Below are positions 63,850 to 64,000 of a stretch of DNA of 64,000 nt, one piece after another. The DNA lies in contig JBHGNT010000010.1 in NCBI GenBank assembly GCA_043228905.1, forward strand, positions 7,192,001 to 7,256,000, in the 5' to 3' direction. The stretch is from Azolla caroliniana (taxonomy: Eukaryota > Plantae > Polypodiophyta). How positions within the stretch are numbered: the first letter of the stretch is position 1; every line of letters starts with the position of its first letter. Both the position numbers and the translations under genes were made by a program. The notes under the pieces are model-generated. The model ran no database searches. It was not told the DNA's origin and worked only from the letters and a program-made list of their open reading frames with translations.

Positions 63850-64000
63850 CAAACACTTGAACCCACAACCTTATAAACCAAGCACAATGCATATACCACT
63901 AGGCTAGGCTATTTGTTTTTAAAAATGTTCTCAAGAATGTGCTTCACTATATAAGAGTAAACCTAAATATTGTATTAAGAAAAATTGAGGGACTTGAACC
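63850..64000 (-). other. AT-rich insertion with tRNA-like A/B-box motifs
   Basis: Minus strand tagcctagtgg...ggttgtgggttcaagt, and a second ggttcaagtcc at the window end. Confidence 0.4.

Overview
Nuclear DNA of a land plant; PsaH structure and TE repertoire suggest a seed-free plant, possibly a fern (inference). The first ~11 kb is genic: a frameshifted, repeat-expanded NOL11/UTP8-like gene (-), a LINE remnant with a solo LTR, an intact 3-exon PsaH (-), and an intronless, signal-peptide-bearing, divergent PEBP-fold gene (-). 11-27 kb holds a hAT element with a perfect 8-bp TSD, a truncated copia, and a decayed Sola2-type DNA transposon with a convergent RING-domain gene; introns of both genes are filled with TTAGTACTAA palindrome arrays. 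27.4-64 kb is one nested LTR-retrotransposon stack reconstructed from TSDs: copia A > gypsy E > copia F > [copia G > gypsy C] and [gypsy B > gypsy D], plus a G-family solo LTR and copia H. All four gypsies have a tRNA-Trp PBS and sit at CG-centred sites in copia or gypsy sequence (clean 4-bp CCGG TSDs for two). The two near-complete ones point to a -1 frameshift after the protease, and two carry tRNA-like A/B-box modules in their LTRs. Family names come from motif recognition, not database searches.
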